A stretch of 32,000 nucleotides of DNA from an uncultured Clostridia bacterium (lineage in GTDB: Bacteria; Bacillota; Clostridia; Oscillospirales; Ruminococcaceae), in the NCBI GenBank assembly GCA_947166945.1, contig CAMVGH010000005.1, positions 1-32,000 on the forward strand, in the 5' to 3' direction. Position 1 is the stretch's first letter. Each line of letters begins with the position of its first letter. Made by a program: the position numbers and the translations under genes. The notes beneath the pieces are model-generated. The model searched no databases, was not told the DNA's origin, and worked only from the letters and a program-made list of their open reading frames with translations. Below are positions 7,812 through 15,343 of this stretch, piece by piece.

Positions 7812-8444
7812 ATGCTTGAAAATGTAATTGCAGTAGTATTTGATGTGGAGAGTGAGGCATATCAGGCTATAACCGAGCTGAAAAATGCGGCTGTAACACC
7901 GGATTATGTGGTGTCGCAGGCTGCTCTTGTCAAAAGAGAGTCCGGAGCTGTAAGCGTCCGCGACAGCTTCGATATCGGCGTTGAGACGCGGGATGACACC
8001 TACGCCGGCGGTCTTATAGGAATGCTTACCGGAATCCTCGGCGGTCCGATAGGTATGATACTCTGCGGCAGCATGGGTTCGCTCATTGGCAGTGCCTTTG
8101 ACGCTGGTGAAGCGGTTCAGAACGCTTCGATAATCGAAAAGGTCGCTCAGAACATTGGTGAAGGTCAGACCGCGCTGCTGCTTATGGCGCAGGAAACATC
8201 GGGAAACTCCATAGAGAGCAGACTGTCAAAATTCGCTGTTACTGTCACGCGCTATGATGCGGCGGAAGTACAGGCTGAGATCGACGAAGCCGTGAAGCTG
8301 CAAACAGAAATGAAAAAGGAAGCACAGAAGCGGCTTCGTCAGGAAAAATCCGACGAGATCAAGGCGAAGATGCAGAAATTCAGTGACGATATGAAGAATC
8401 GTTTTGAAGAGCTTAAATCCAAGCTCGGCGGGAACGGTAAATAA
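7812..8444 (+). CDS. DUF1269-like membrane protein (glycine-zipper) with C-terminal coiled coil
   Basis: 210-aa ORF with RBS GGAGGA. The N-terminal VIAVVFDVESEAYQAITELKN...ALVKRESGAVSV fold and the glycine zipper GGLIGMLTGILGGPIGMILCGSMGSLIGSAFD match my recollection of DUF1269. The lysine/glutamate-rich tail is extra. Confidence 0.7.
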   Translation: MLENVIAVVFDVESEAYQAITELKNAAVTPDYVVSQAALVKRESGAVSVRDSFDIGVETRDDTYAGGLIGMLTGILGGPIGMILCGSMGSLIGSAFDAGEAVQNASIIEKVAQNIGEGQTALLLMAQETSGNSIESRLSKFAVTVTRYDAAEVQAEIDEAVKLQTEMKKEAQKRLRQEKSDEIKAKMQKFSDDMKNRFEELKSKLGGNGK

Positions 8445-8452
8445 TAAAAAAC

Positions 8453-8485
8453 GGGCTGCCTGATAACAGGCAGTCCCATTGTTTT
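8453..8485. terminator. Bidirectional rho-independent terminator between convergent genes
   Basis: GGGCTGCCTG-ATAA-CAGGCAGTCCC, flanked by an A-run (8445-8451) and ATTGTTTT (8478-8485). Confidence 0.6.
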
Positions 8486-8506
8486 AATGTGGTATCCCCG
8501 GAAAAT

Positions 8507-8899
8507 TCAAAGTGTGAATCGTTTTGCAAACTCTTCCGCTTCTTTCAGCTGTGTTTCATTCGGTTTACCCCGGAAATACAGTGTCTCTTCCGATACGGAG
8601 ATCCCTTTTTCTTCAAGACTTTTTCTTATCAGGTCAAGAGCGTGTCTGGACAGCCAGCTTGTGGAAAAGACCACGGCTTTACCGACTTTGTCTGAGGACA
8701 GTGTATCGATATACGATCTTAGGTTAGCATCTATTCCGTAAGCATAAAGCGCTCCTCCAATAAAAAGTATATCGGTTTTATCTTTAATTGCCGCACCCGT
8801 GTCGGTAACAGAAACCGCCGTAACGCCGGCGGCTTTTGCTATCGCCTCCGCGACAGCTTTTGTATTGCCGGATCTTGAATAAAAGCGTACTTCAGTCAT
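8507..8899 (-). CDS. Flavodoxin family protein
   Basis: 130-aa ORF with RBS GGAGGAA. N-terminal FMN phosphate-binding loop YSRSGNTKAVAEAIA and the ILFIGGALYAYG pattern. Confidence 0.8.
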   Translation of the reverse strand: MTEVRFYSRSGNTKAVAEAIAKAAGVTAVSVTDTGAAIKDKTDILFIGGALYAYGIDANLRSYIDTLSSDKVGKAVVFSTSWLSRHALDLIRKSLEEKGISVSEETLYFRGKPNETQLKEAEEFAKRFTL

Positions 8900-9080
8900 T
8901 GTCTGTTCCTCCGCATCTGCACTTGTGACAGCATTTATGTCCTTCCGGCATTTCGGGCATTTCTGAACCGGTCAGCGCTGCCCTGATGACTCTCCAATGC
9001 ACTCCGAGAAAAAGCCCGCAACATAATCCGAGCAATACGGAGATAATACATAATGGTATCTTGTTGTTACTCTTTTTCAT
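8892..9080 (-). CDS. Small Cys-rich membrane protein (resembles FeoB-associated Cys-rich membrane peptides)
   Basis: 62-aa ORF with RBS AGAAAGGAAAT. One TM (IPLCIISVLLGLCCGLFLGV), then a GHKCCHKCRCGG tail. It overlaps the flavodoxin start by 8 nt, which suggests translational coupling. Confidence 0.55.
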   Translation of the reverse strand: MKKSNNKIPLCIISVLLGLCCGLFLGVHWRVIRAALTGSEMPEMPEGHKCCHKCRCGGTDND

Positions 9081-9128
9081 TGTATATTTCCTTTCTTATC
9101 CGAAGGTATCGGTGATATCTGTATTTTG

Positions 9129-9157
9129 ATTATACATTGAAACGGGAAGATTGTCAA
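9129..9157 (-). promoter_or_regulatory. Consensus sigma-A promoter for the Cys-rich peptide/flavodoxin pair
   Basis: Reverse strand: TTGACA (9152-9157), 17 nt, TATAAT (9129-9134). Confidence 0.55.
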
Positions 9158-9162
9158 TACGT

Positions 9163-9792
9163 TTATCCGGTCAGGCTGAATTTCGTTTCAGTCCCCTCTT
9201 TCAGTCTTTTGAAATTTTCTTTGTGCCTTGCGATCACAAGCAGCGCCGATAACGCGGAAAGCACCAGCACCGCCGGACTTTCCGCGCCGAGTATCGCAAG
9301 CATCACCGGGCAGGAGAGCGATGAAACGCAGGCGCATACCGACATATACTTTACCGTGAACAGAAGGATCAGAAACAGTACCGTGGCTATCAAAGCCATT
9401 CTCCAGTCAACGAACCATATCGTTCCGAATCCTGCCATAAAAGCCTTGCCGCCCTTGAAACCGTACCACACGGGAAAGCAGTGTCCGAGCATTCCGAACA
9501 GCCCGGTGAAAGCCGCGCCGAACTGCGTCATACCGTAAAGACTGCCGAATATGACCGAAGCCGTGAATGCCGGTACCGCAGTTTTCAGTATATCGAGAAG
9601 CATAACGGATACCGATGCCGGATTGAGCCCATAGGCCCTCTTGAAATTGGTGAAGCCGGGATTACCGCTTCCGAGTTTTCGGATATCCTGCCTGTAAAGT
9701 GCTTTTGAAATAATTATAGCCGGATTGAGACCGCCGAGCAGATATGCGGCGGCAGCCGCTGCTGCGCACAATAAATAAAACCGGATATCCAT
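9163..9792 (-). CDS. plsY: Glycerol-3-phosphate acyltransferase PlsY (acyl-phosphate dependent)
   Basis: 209-aa polytopic ORF with the hallmark GSGNPGFTNFKRAYG motif. Its start lies 2 nt after the fakA stop. Confidence 0.9.
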   Translation of the reverse strand: MDIRFYLLCAAAAAAAYLLGGLNPAIIISKALYRQDIRKLGSGNPGFTNFKRAYGLNPASVSVMLLDILKTAVPAFTASVIFGSLYGMTQFGAAFTGLFGMLGHCFPVWYGFKGGKAFMAGFGTIWFVDWRMALIATVLFLILLFTVKYMSVCACVSSLSCPVMLAILGAESPAVLVLSALSALLVIARHKENFKRLKEGTETKFSLTG

Positions 9793-9794
9793 GA

Positions 9795-11426
9795 TCAGCT
9801 CACCACCATTATGTAGTCATATATATCCTGACCGCCGTAGTTGATATAAGTCTCAAGCTTAGGGTATTTTTCACGAATATATGATCGTATGTCGTCGGTT
9901 GTTTTGGGATCCGCGCATTTTCCTTCGAGAATTATCAGAGCAGAGTGTTTTTCGGGTTCGGTAAGCGCGATCGCCGCAGTCGCCGTATCATAACAATCTG
10001 TGTCGGAAGAAACGATATGCTTTCCGATTATTCCGATGTACTCGCCTTTTTTGACCGAAAGTCCGTCCATTTCCGTGTCACGGATGCTTCGTGATATCTC
10101 AGCCGTGACCGTGCCTTTCATTGCCTCATTCATATCGCGTTCTATGTCGTCTGCGTTCTCACGGTCAAGGTCGAGCATCGAAAGTACGGAATAGCAGTCT
10201 CCTATGTTTTTTGTGGGTATCACGCGGACATCCGACTTTTTGTACAGTTCAGCCGCCTGCTTAGCCGAGAGAATGATATTGCCGTTGTTCGGGAGAATGA
10301 ACACCGTATCCGCGTTGGCTTCGTCAAAAGCGGAAATCAGTTCACCGGCAGACGGGTTCATTGACTGTCCGCCGTTTATTACGATATCGGCGCCGAATTC
10401 TCTGAAATGATCGCGTATCCCGTCGCCGTTTGCTACTGCCGCCACAGCGTATTTTTTACGCTGCTTTTGCTTTTTCTGCTCCTTCGCAATTATTTCGTTG
10501 TGCTGCATCATCATATTCTCTACCTTGACAGTAAGGAATTCTCCGTACCTGCGGCAGTACTCCAATACCTTTTCCGGAGTCATCGTATGTATGTGCAGCT
10601 TTACTATACTGCCGGTCCTGAAAGCAACTATCGAATTTCCTATTTTGTTCATATATCCGATAAGATCGTCAATGCTGAATTCATCTATGCTGCATTTGCA
10701 CTTTTGCAGCCGCACGAGCACCTCGGTGCAGTAGCCGAGTTCAAGCACGCTGTCCTCGGTAAACAGATCGGTATTTACCTTTCCGGTCTGTTCGGCGGAT
10801 ATGCGGAGCGGCTCGTATTTTTTTCCGTTAAGTGAGCTGCTCATACCTTCCAGAATATATACAAGCCCCGCGCCGCCGGAATCGACAACGCCCGCCTGCT
10901 TCAGGACATCGAGCTGATCCGGGGTGCGTTCAAGAGCCTTTTTCGCTTCGCTGATGCAGCAGTCAAGAAATTCCTCGATGCTGTCGTATCTGTTGTGTTC
11001 CACAGCCTCTCTTGTCTCCCGCGCCACAGTGAGCATTGTTCCCTCCGTCGGAGTCACCACAGCGCTGTATGCACGCTCCACTGCCTTGCGGACTGCCCTT
11101 TCAATGTCCGCGACACCTGCTGTTTCAAGTCCGTACAAGCCCTCCGCAAGCCCGGCAAACATCTGTGACAATATGACCCCGGAATTTCCGCGGGCAGACA
11201 GCAGCATATTGTCTGCCACTGTCTCCGCAGTTTCCGAAAGATTGTCGGAAATGCAATCCGCCTCCGCACCGCCCTGTATGGTCATGGTCATATTGCTTCC
11301 CGTATCTCCGTCGGGTATCGGGAATACATTAAGATCATTGACCTCGTCGCAGTGCTGACGCAAAAACGCTGCTCCGCTTTTCACCATATTCCTGAACATT
11401 ACCCCGGTTATCTGCTGTGTCGGCAT
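9795..11426 (-). CDS. fakA: DAK2 domain fatty-acid kinase subunit FakA (YloV family)
   Basis: The track ORF runs to 11474. The start is placed at ATG 11424-11426 (MPTQQITGVMFRNM...), 5 nt after GGAGGAG and overlapping the upstream TAA (TAATG). Carries NVFPIPDGDTGSNM (Dak2 phosphate-binding motif). 543 aa, the typical YloV/FakA length. Confidence 0.9.
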   Translation of the reverse strand: MPTQQITGVMFRNMVKSGAAFLRQHCDEVNDLNVFPIPDGDTGSNMTMTIQGGAEADCISDNLSETAETVADNMLLSARGNSGVILSQMFAGLAEGLYGLETAGVADIERAVRKAVERAYSAVVTPTEGTMLTVARETREAVEHNRYDSIEEFLDCCISEAKKALERTPDQLDVLKQAGVVDSGGAGLVYILEGMSSSLNGKKYEPLRISAEQTGKVNTDLFTEDSVLELGYCTEVLVRLQKCKCSIDEFSIDDLIGYMNKIGNSIVAFRTGSIVKLHIHTMTPEKVLEYCRRYGEFLTVKVENMMMQHNEIIAKEQKKQKQRKKYAVAAVANGDGIRDHFREFGADIVINGGQSMNPSAGELISAFDEANADTVFILPNNGNIILSAKQAAELYKKSDVRVIPTKNIGDCYSVLSMLDLDRENADDIERDMNEAMKGTVTAEISRSIRDTEMDGLSVKKGEYIGIIGKHIVSSDTDCYDTATAAIALTEPEKHSALIILEGKCADPKTTDDIRSYIREKYPKLETYINYGGQDIYDYIMVVS

Positions 11427-12325
11427 TACTTGTTCTCCTCCGCTCTGTAAGTTACTTCCTTTCCGAAGCCCCACACGCCTATGGCATCGGGACCCACAGA
11501 CGCACCGATTATAGGTCCGATATATACCGTGACGATATCTTTCGGTTTTATTATATCATTTACCATATTTTTCAGATTGCTGACCTCTTCCGGGTCACAG
11601 TCCGCGTGCGCAATGTAAACCGTCTGCGCTGATGCGTCTCCTATGCTTCCCGCAAGCAGATCTGCGATCTCTTCCAGCGATCTCAGCCGTCCGCGTACTT
11701 TCTTTATCGGTGTCTGCACACCGTCGGCATCGGAAATGAGTATCGGCTTCACTCCCATAAGGTTTCCGAAGAAAGCACTGCTTGCAGTGACGCGTCCCGC
11801 GCGTTTCAGAGAATCGAGAGAATGAACAGTCACGAACTGATTTACCCGCTTTCTTGCAGAACATACAGCCTGTACGATCTCATCGTGATCCTTTCCCTCT
11901 GATGCAAGCTCTGCCGCAAAGACAGCAAGCATACCTATGCCTATGCTCGAATTCATTGAATCAATGCAGGAAATCCTTGCGTCAGGATATTCTTTTTTCA
12001 GTTCTTTTGAAACGACAAGGCCTGTATTTACAGATCCGGATTGTTTTGATGAACAGCCTATATAAATAATATCATATCCTTTGTCAAGGTATTCTGTGAA
12101 TATCCGTTTAAACTCATTCACGGGAACTTGGGTCGTTGTAATACGTTCTCCGCTGCGCAGGATATCATAGAACTCCTTCGGTGTCCGATCGTCCCATGAG
12201 AGAAGCGCGGGCGACTCTTTCCCCTTATAAACCGTGTTCATCTTCGCATAGTCAATATCGTACTTTTCCAGCAGATCTGTACTCAGATCGGCGCAGGAAT
12301 CCGTTATGATCTTGATGTTATTCAT
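11426..12325 (-). CDS. fakB: DegV family fatty-acid-binding protein (FakB-type)
   Basis: The track ORF runs to 12445. The start is placed at ATG 12323-12325 (MNNIKIITDSCADL...) after GGAGGAAAACAC. DegV hallmarks are present: ITDSxxDL, GCSSKQSGS, IDSMNSSIGIG. It is directly coupled to fakA. Confidence 0.9.
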   Translation of the reverse strand: MNNIKIITDSCADLSTDLLEKYDIDYAKMNTVYKGKESPALLSWDDRTPKEFYDILRSGERITTTQVPVNEFKRIFTEYLDKGYDIIYIGCSSKQSGSVNTGLVVSKELKKEYPDARISCIDSMNSSIGIGMLAVFAAELASEGKDHDEIVQAVCSARKRVNQFVTVHSLDSLKRAGRVTASSAFFGNLMGVKPILISDADGVQTPIKKVRGRLRSLEEIADLLAGSIGDASAQTVYIAHADCDPEEVSNLKNMVNDIIKPKDIVTVYIGPIIGASVGPDAIGVWGFGKEVTYRAEENK

Positions 12326-12342
12326 GTGTTTTCCTCCGTGAT

Positions 12343-13452
12343 TTATTCCAATAGAAGTTTTGCGATCGCCTTTGCCGCATCGGTACGCAGTTTTTTCATT
12401 TTGCCGGCAAGCACCATACCGTTTTCCATGCAATATCCGAGACATTGCCGAAGCTCCGCGTCACCCCTGTATGAAAGGCAGACATTGTGTCCGGCAAGGA
12501 ATTCGAGGTTAAGGCGTTCCTGACCGTATGACTCTCGGTTTATTATCATCGGGAGCCCTATATTTATCATTTCCGTGGTGCTGATACCGCCGGCTTTTGT
12601 GACAGCCGCGTCGCTTGCCGCCATATATTTTTCGACTTCATCGGTGTAACCGATATTGACAAGCTTTACGCTGTCAGGGATCGTCATTTTTTCGACCGCA
12701 TCAAAGGATCTCTTATTTCTGCCGTTTATAACTATCACCTGACAGGGGATCCCGCACTTCATCAGACTTTGTACGATCCGGTGAGCCCCTGCCCAGTCCC
12801 CGCCGCCGAACATCACAAGTATCGTAAACATATCTGCGTCAAGACCAAGCTCGCCCCTTACCAAAGCCTTATCATAGTCAAGCAGAAAAGCTTCTTTTGT
12901 CGGTATTCCCGTCACAGCTATCCTGCTTTCATCAAATCCCATCCGGATACAATCCGGTATAAGCTCACGATGTGCGACAGTTATAATGTCGGCATCTGAA
13001 GCGCTGTTCCAATACGGTGTGACATTGTAGTCAAGATTCGACAAAATTATCCTGAACCTGAGGTCATACCGCTTCCGCAGAATCGTTGCCGTTATAGCCG
13101 GGAAGAAATGCGTGCAGTATATCACATCGGGGCTGATATCCCTGATCCGCTTATATACGCTTTGTGTCATGCCCTCGGCGGCGCGCAGAACAGCGGCATT
13201 TCCGCGTCTGTGTTCGCTCCCGTTCTGTGCCGCATAATATCCGCGGTCGTAGATCCCCGGAATGATGCTCATTGAGGCTGCGTAGCCGTACTTGTAGATC
13301 AGCCTTGTCTGTCTGTCCGAACAATCCTTCATCACGTCGGTTACGCTTATCCCGACACTGCTGTCTGCCGCTTTCAATGATTCAGCTACCGCCCCGGCAG
13401 CTGAATTGTGACCGCTCCCGATACCTGCGGAAAGGATAAGTATTCGTTTCAT
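12343..13452 (-). CDS. Diacylglycerol glycosyltransferase (MGDG-synthase N-domain + GT28 C-domain; UgtP/YpfP-like glycolipid synthase)
   Basis: The ORF starts MKRILILSAGIGSGHNSAA (ATG 13450-13452; the track begins 2 codons earlier at a GTG). The C-terminal VTKAGGISTTEMINIGLPMI motif is typical of the GT28 C-terminal domain. Confidence 0.8.
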   Translation of the reverse strand: MKRILILSAGIGSGHNSAAGAVAESLKAADSSVGISVTDVMKDCSDRQTRLIYKYGYAASMSIIPGIYDRGYYAAQNGSEHRRGNAAVLRAAEGMTQSVYKRIRDISPDVIYCTHFFPAITATILRKRYDLRFRIILSNLDYNVTPYWNSASDADIITVAHRELIPDCIRMGFDESRIAVTGIPTKEAFLLDYDKALVRGELGLDADMFTILVMFGGGDWAGAHRIVQSLMKCGIPCQVIVINGRNKRSFDAVEKMTIPDSVKLVNIGYTDEVEKYMAASDAAVTKAGGISTTEMINIGLPMIINRESYGQERLNLEFLAGHNVCLSYRGDAELRQCLGYCMENGMVLAGKMKKLRTDAAKAIAKLLLE

Positions 13453-13478
13453 AGGCACTAACCTTTTTCATATATATC

Positions 13479-13590
13479 GACATATTATAACACAGAAAAA
13501 TAAACTGAAAATAAACTTTTTGTGCTTTTTTGAAAAATATTTCAAGAAAACAGTGCTTGTTTATTTTCAGTTTGAAGTTATATATTCGCG
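13479..13590. repeat. Palindromic divergent-promoter module, copy A
   Basis: AAACTGAAAATAAAC (13502-13516) and its perfect complement GTTTATTTTCAGTTT (13559-13573), 42 nt apart. The same arms and flanks recur at 15188-15310. The minus-strand -10 TGtTATAAT (13484-13489) lies 12 nt beyond the arm. Confidence 0.7.
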
Positions 13591-13646
13591 CACATTTCCG
13601 AATGCACGCATCAGTTTGTATTCTGATGCCCCTTTAGAGGTTTCCT

Positions 13647-14051
13647 TTAGTGAACCGAACACGAAAAATCGTTATGACAGCAGGGGCAGCATACCGTGTG
13701 ACTGCCTTTCCGCTTCGGGAGCCGGAGCGTTTTTTTGCAGTTCGGGCAAGTGCGGTAAACATGAGTCTTCCGGTCGGCAAATTTTCGTTTTTGCAGGTTG
13801 AAAAAGCTCCTTACCTTTCCTGTAATCCCGAGGAACCACTCGTTTTCCCGCCGTCTCTCGTATATTTTCTTCGACATACTGCGGTAGATGCTCCAGATCA
13901 TTATCGCCATTATCAACGCGTACAGAATTGCCGAGCGCACAAAGCCATTGACAATTATCAGCACAATGCTTATAATAAGCAGGGCGGTGTTGAGCTGGTC
14001 GCTGCCATAGCGCCCGCCCATGAATCTTATTACATTTTCTCTGAATTTCAT
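13647..14051 (-). CDS. Membrane protein with C-terminal zinc ribbon
   Basis: 134-aa ORF with RBS GAGGAG. Two TM helices (LLIISIVLIIVNGFV, ILYALIMAIMIWSIY). C-terminal CPNCKKTLRLP...CCPCCHNDF. Confidence 0.75.
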   Translation of the reverse strand: MKFRENVIRFMGGRYGSDQLNTALLIISIVLIIVNGFVRSAILYALIMAIMIWSIYRSMSKKIYERRRENEWFLGITGKVRSFFNLQKRKFADRKTHVYRTCPNCKKTLRLPKRKGSHTVCCPCCHNDFSCSVH

Positions 14052-14072
14052 TTATATCATCTCCTCTTTTAA

Positions 14073-14534
14073 TCAGAACACGGGATAGAAGAACAGCGAG
14101 AAAACAAATCTTAACAGTGTCATTATCAGCGATACCTTGATAAACGAGCGTAAAATATCAAAAAAGCCGAAAGACCGCTTTTCGCTTCTTCTGCCAAACA
14201 GATCGTTAAGATCATATTCGTAGTATCTTCCGCCGTAAGCATTGCGGTATGCTTCAAACGGGTCAGTATAGCTGTTTCCGGTGCTTTCGTAAGCGTGATG
14301 ACCGCGTGCGTAACCGCTGTAAGAGCTGTCTGCACCCGTGTATGCTTTTTTACCGGAACGAATATCCCTGATAGCTTCGTAAGCGCTGTTTATCTCTTTC
14401 ATCTTCGCTTCGGCAGCTGCGTTGCCGGGGTTGAGATCGGGGTGATACTGACGGGCGAGCCTCTTGTAAGCCTTTGATATTTCTTCATCGGTCGCGGTTG
14501 AAGATACTCCGAGAACGGAATAAGGATCGTTCAT
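14073..14534 (-). CDS. J-domain (DnaJ-like) protein with C-terminal membrane anchor
   Basis: 153-aa ORF with RBS AAGGAG. Contains [36 protein letters not shown] (HPD motif). C-terminal hydrophobic tail [20 protein letters not shown]. Confidence 0.85.
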   Translation of the reverse strand: MNDPYSVLGVSSTATDEEISKAYKRLARQYHPDLNPGNAAAEAKMKEINSAYEAIRDIRSGKKAYTGADSSYSGYARGHHAYESTGNSYTDPFEAYRNAYGGRYYEYDLNDLFGRRSEKRSFGFFDILRSFIKVSLIMTLLRFVFSLFFYPVF

Positions 14535-14989
14535 TTGCGTTCTCCTTTCCTGTTTTTCATAACTTATCTCTTTTTATAAATTCTATCAGAGTATCTTTAC
14601 AATTCAGTTAGTCTTATGTGAAAACTGAATGAAAATTTCCAAAACATCGGTTACACAAGATTTTATTGCTTTTCGTTATAGGAGAAATGTGCAGCCGATG
14701 TCTTATCAAGCGGATAAGGCAAACCGCCGATAAGCAAAAAGACCGCAAGCCGGATTTTGGAAAGGATCTATGCAGTACGATTTTTCTTTTTTAGGCTTGC
14801 GGCTTATCGAACAGCGGGGGACGCTGTCAATAAGCATTGATTTATTACCGCATAATGCGCACATACGGCGAGGTTCTTGATTCATATGTGCGTGTGCATT
14901 ATACGGCTTACAGACGGTCTTTGGCAAGACCGGGGCAAGTGATATTCAGAATACACTTATGAAGTATGTTACCCACCATTTTAAGGCAG

Positions 14990-15169
14990 TCAGTTATTTT
15001 TCGCTTTCGCATTCTTTCGCTCTTTCAGAATATTTTCGTATTTCCTGTAAACTTCTTCAATTTCGTCCGAGTTGTGAGATTCCACAAACTGCCCGTAGGA
15101 CATATTGTTTTTTTCGGCAGCCCAAGCTATTGCCTTGAATTTGAATTCTGTCGAGGGAAATTTTTCCAT
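14990..15169 (-). CDS. Small hypothetical protein (59 aa)
   Basis: Just below the ORF-track cutoff. ATG 15167-15169 after AAAGGAGATAAGCT; stop TGA 14990-14992. Reads MEKFPSTEFKFKAIAWAAEKNNMSYGQFVESHNSDEIEEVYRKYENILKERKNAKAKNN. Driven by the copy-B promoter. Confidence 0.5.
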   Translation of the reverse strand: MEKFPSTEFKFKAIAWAAEKNNMSYGQFVESHNSDEIEEVYRKYENILKERKNAKAKNN

Positions 15170-15187
15170 AGCTTATCTCCTTTATGC

Positions 15188-15310
15188 GGACATTATAGCA
15201 TAGAAATATAAACTGAAAATAAACTTTTCGTACTTTTTCGGAAATTTTCTTTATTTTTTCAAAAACACTGTTTTGTTTATTTTCAGTTTAGATTTGTATG
15301 TTATTATATA
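15188..15310. repeat. Palindromic divergent-promoter module, copy B
   Basis: AAACTGAAAATAAAC (15210-15224) and GTTTATTTTCAGTTT (15275-15289), 50 nt apart. The minus-strand -10 TGcTATAAT (15192-15197) and the plus-strand TATTAT (15302-15307) each lie 12 nt beyond an arm. Confidence 0.7.
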
Positions 15311-15311
15311 T

Positions 15312-15343
15312 AAAACGGCGGCCGCTCCGAGACAGCCGTTTTT
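15312..15343 (+). promoter_or_regulatory. Terminator-like hairpin in the 5' leader of the RR/HK operon (possible attenuator)
   Basis: AAAACGGC (15312-15319), 15-nt loop, GCCGTTTTT (15335-15343). A second GC-rich hairpin follows: GGAGCGG (15364-15370) / CCGCTCC (15381-15387). Confidence 0.35.

Noticed and set aside
14718-14752. The strings GGCAAACC and GACCGCAAGCC resemble the conserved GGCAAACC ... GGGACGCAAAGCC cores of the c-di-GMP-I (GEMM-I) riboswitch. This was tempting given the c-di-GMP genes in the window.
   Set aside because: The segment between the two strings (GCCGATAAGCAAAAA) cannot form the GNRA-capped hairpin, and no tetraloop-receptor helix follows. The resemblance is limited to two short words. 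Only an Rfam covariance-model scan could revive this.
13479-15310. Interpreting the two palindromic cassettes as copies of a MITE with 15-bp terminal inverted repeats.
   Set aside because: Sequence similarity continues outside the left inverted arm and includes the -10 element. No target-site duplication flanks the arms, and spacer lengths differ (42 vs 50 nt). A duplicated regulatory region is more consistent, although a genome-wide copy count could overturn this.
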